Shown: positions 60,305 through 64,000 of the stretch, piece after piece
How the letters are laid out: each line of letters begins with the position of its first letter
Position numbering within the stretch: position 1 is the first letter of the stretch
NCBI RefSeq assembly: GCF_964355755.1
Contig: NC_092679.1
Location: 11,081,432-11,145,431, forward strand
Reading direction: 5' to 3'
DNA from: Antedon mediterranea
Lineage: Eukaryota; Animalia; Echinodermata
DNA length: 64,000 nt
Notes under the pieces: model-generated
What the model saw: only the letters and a program-made list of their open reading frames with translations
What the model was told of the DNA's origin: nothing
Databases searched by the model: none
Made by a program: the position numbers and the translations under genes

Positions 60305-62515
60305 TTCATCATATAATACATTACAAAGGAAAAACATAATCAAATAAAAAATTAAAATAAAAAGCAACAAACAAAAACAACAAAGATATCCATCTAACAA
60401 ATTAAATAAAGGTTCATAAAAATTATTCTACTCTATAAACCATTTTATATTTGATTTATAAATTCTTCTAATTTTATCCATTTTCTATTAAAAATACTGT
60501 CCTCAAAATTCTGATGATAAATAAATTTTTCTGTTTCATAAAACCTTTTTAACTCGTTCATAACCATTTTGATAGTTGGCTTACATTTAACTAGTTTACA
60601 TTTATAAATAAATGATTTTACAATTAGAATAATTGCATTAATGGCTTTTAAATTAAAAAACTGATGCGCATCTTGGTATCCGAAAATTATGCTCTCTTTA
60701 CTAAAAATAAATTGCACTCCAGTTTTTTCTGAAATTTTTTCCTGGAGGAGGTTCCATATCCTTTTTACTATTGGACAATTACAGAACAAATGCTGAATGG
60801 TTTCAATTTTACCATCTCCAAATGAGCACATTGAAGTTTCTTTTATATTCATTTTAAATAATTGTTCATTTGTTGCAATTATTCTATTTACAATTTTATA
60901 TTGAAAATATATTAAAGCAATATTCATTGTACACGTATGTGGAGCTAGGTAGATTGTTTTCCATTGTTCGTTATTGAATACAAATTTATTTTCTGCCCAT
61001 TTCTTTTGTGCTTTCCATGATTTAAACATTGAGTTATTTAAAACATCATAAAAAATACGAAATCCCTTTCTTTGTTGAAAGAGTACTTTTATGTGAAATG
61101 GAATATCTGGCAAAACTGTTTTTTTAATTTCACATATCATTAAATTGTTAAATTTTTCCCTAAGAAGCCTTTTTAATCCTATTAATTTTATATAATTTAT
61201 CTTAATACCATAGGTATCTTCGACTTCTTTTTTATTCATAAATTGCCCATTGCTGTTAAACAAATCATTAACAAACAAAATACCTGCTTTTTCCCAATTT
61301 CCATATCTTATACATTCGTTGCCTATTCTTATTACTTCATTATTCCAAATTTGCATTCGTAATAGCTCGTCAACAGACTTTGGATAATGAATAGAAATAA
61401 AATTACTCCATGCATCTATTACCTCTTTCCAGAAGAGAATTTTAACATTATCTCTAATGCTGGACAGACGTTTACAATTCGTTTCAAGTTGCATAGAGTT
61501 AGACAAATTTGTTAGGTACTTAAATAGCTTAAATATTGGGTTGTCTTCGGATTTATTGTTGAAAATTCTACGCAACCAAGTTATTTTTAATGACATAAAA
61601 AAAAAGTTCAAATCTACCATTCTTAATCCACCATGTAAGTAATCACTTTTCATCTGATGCCGGTTTATTTTATCAGGTTTGTTTTGCCAAATAAAACGAA
61701 AAAATAAATTATTAAGACGTACTACGTATTCATTTGATGGGTTCGGTAAGGACATGATCATATGAATGAGTTTTGGTAACAAGAGTGATTTAATAATAGT
61801 TATTTTACCAATTACTGTCAAGTTTCTTTTAGACCATTGGTTTATCATACGCTCTATCGTTAAAAACACTCTTTCATAGTTTACATTAATCATTTGAACT
61901 GCATCTAATGAAAAGTCAATACCTAAAATTGAAAATATGGCATTGCCTATCCAGTTTATCTTTTTTCTTGTTTTTAACCTTACATTGCTACCTCTCTTAC
62001 TACCTATCCATACAACTTTTGTTTTTTCTTCATTTATTCTTAAACCGGAAATACTCTCGTATGTATCCAGTGTATCGAGTGTTGCATGCAGTGATGCTTC
62101 AGACCCATCAAGTATAATGGTAGTGTCGTCTGCATATTGAGATATTGTATATTCCTCATCTCTAATTTTAACTCCCTTAATTAGTTTGTTTTGCTTTATT
62201 AAATTATTCAATATTTCTGCACAAATTATAAAAATATATGGAGAAAGAGGGTCTCCTTGTCTACAGCCTCTTTCAATTTTAAAACGATTTGACATAGCAC
62301 CGTTAACATTAACTGAGGAATACATTTCCGAATAAAAAATTGTAATCCACCTTCTAATAGACTCGCCAAAGTTAAACATTTCCATGGCTCTATCAATGAA
62401 TATATGTGAAACAGAGTCGAAGGCTTCGTTTTTCGAAGTCAATTAATAATAGCATACCGGGAATCTTTAACTGTTCACTAAGACATATAATGTCATTCAT
62501 TAGTCTAATATTTTA
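60274..62515 (-). mobile_element. 5'-truncated L1/Tx1-clade LINE (RT + zinc-binding C-terminus, poly-A tail)
   Basis: ORF 60445-62442: AFDSV, GCRQGDPLSPYIF, QYADD, GGL, ETIQHLFCNC. T-run at 60274-60302 is the poly(A). Confidence 0.92.
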
Positions 62516-63624
62516 TTAGTATACCATCATGATGGATAAAGTGTATATTTGTATATCTGCTGGAGCGTAATGATTTACTAGTTCTGCTGGTTTTATTTTG
62601 GACATTTTTGTTTCCACAGCATTCCTTGCGTGGATATCACAATGCATTGCATATTTTGAACTGCCATTCGCGATTATAATCTTAATTAGAGTAAGAACCA
62701 ATCATTTAAGAATAATCAATTACGCGTAGGCCTATACGAAAGATACTACCTCAAGTAGGCCTTTCACTTTCCTACAATTATTTAGAGCGTATCAAAGGGG
62801 CTGGTCGGGATTCTTCTTAATCTACATTTTTCATTTTACCTTTTCACCCGCCGCCACCAACCACTTCCCCCACTGCCAATGAGGAGGAGTTGCCGGTTTG
62901 ATCTCTGAATCCGTCTGGCCTCCACATCGTACCGATGTGTGAAGTTTGAGCCAATAAACGTCATTCATGACGATTCTTTAAGTTCGAAGTCGTCTTCCAG
63001 AATTCAAAGTATTCTAAATTTAACGTATTTTCCCGTTTTTCCACCATTCACATTTCACTAAATAAAAGATAGTGAGATGTGGGAGTGTGATGTAAGATTC
63101 GCGAGAAACGACAACATACTGTATTACCCAATTCTCCTTTTTTTAAGACGTGACGTAATAAATACATTCTAATATAAAGTTTTTTGGTGGAGAGTTATTA
63201 CATTTTATACACAAAAGCATGTTATAAACGATTGGTTCACCTCCACGGCCTGACCTGAAAGTTCTAACTTGGGACGAGAAAGTAAAGTCCACAAAAAACT
63301 TTTTATATGCATTTATTTCAAATATTGTTTTCCGCCGAGTCCGACGCATTTTAATGAATTTGAATAATATTTATAAGCTTGGAAGAACACTGTAGTTTAA
63401 TTTGTTGGCTTATTCAATTGCTTATAAATGACGTTTTAAACTTAAAAGATGTAGGCTATTATCCCGAAAAGTGAAGATGAAGATTAGTTAATTAAACGTA
63501 AAAGAATAACACAGTTATCCGTCAGACGTCTCGAACATAAAGAATATTCGGTGGCAGGATTACATTTTCTAAAAGACGAAATTGTCTCACACACATCATA
63601 CGATATGGATGAATCAATTCAAAG

Positions 63625-63682
63625 AAACTTAAACAAAACTAACAATCACAAGGATTAACTTTGTTGCGGATAACCAATAAGA
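63625..63682 (-). mobile_element. Degenerate left terminus of another Helentron/HINE copy
   Basis: Minus strand TTATTGGTTATCCGCA...CCTTGTGATTGT resembles 20675-20718. Confidence 0.45.
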
Positions 63683-64000
63683 AAATATTTCAGACGACTT
63701 TATTCATTTAAATCGTATACGCGAAATGGACTGTCATATAAAAATGATTCTTACTCAAATTAACATTGACTATAATCGCGAATATACAATGCATTGTGAT
63801 ATCCACGCAAGTAATGCTGTGAAAAAAAAAGAATGTCCAGAATAAAACTAGGTAGATAACTAGGAGATCATTACGCTTTAGCAGATACAATACGGCGCAA
63901 TTCACTTAATCCATCATGATGGTAGACTGGAGGTTGTAATGTGTTTAAATATATACAATCCTTTTTTCCATGATAAAAAATAGAAATATATTTGTGAAAA

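Noticed and set aside
62516-64000. Short ORFs at the window end as host exons
   Set aside because: No recognisable protein motifs or consistent exon chain.

Overview
AT-rich animal (probably marine invertebrate) genomic DNA made almost entirely of nested transposable elements. I can support no ordinary host gene and no prokaryotic feature. The centrepiece is an apparently complete ~21.5-kb Helentron (Helitron2-type rolling-circle element, ~20675-42184) with both termini. It carries an uninterrupted 3103-aa ORF on the minus strand: N-terminal hydrophobic helix, PHD finger, herpesvirus-tegument-like deubiquitinase, OTU deubiquitinase, 18-aa repeats, HUH Rep, PIF1 helicase and AP endonuclease. 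Upstream of this ORF is a 5-kb higher-order tandem array in which every unit carries the same splice-site-flanked, non-coding micro-exon (32 nt in most copies). Around it lie a split-direct-repeat tyrosine-recombinase retrotransposon (Ngaro/DIRS-like) with a nested Gypsy, several other Gypsy copies, LINE fragments (CR1/L2-, RTE- and Tx1-like), Penelope remnants with hammerhead-ribozyme motifs, a Deu/Nin-core SINE, non-autonomous Helitron and Helentron elements, and Kolobok-, Harbinger-, P- and MULE-like DNA transposon relics. All family calls come from motif recognition by eye. Boundaries are approximate unless termini are quoted. Many 'M' starts in the ORF track are TTG/GTG and have no meaning in a eukaryote.
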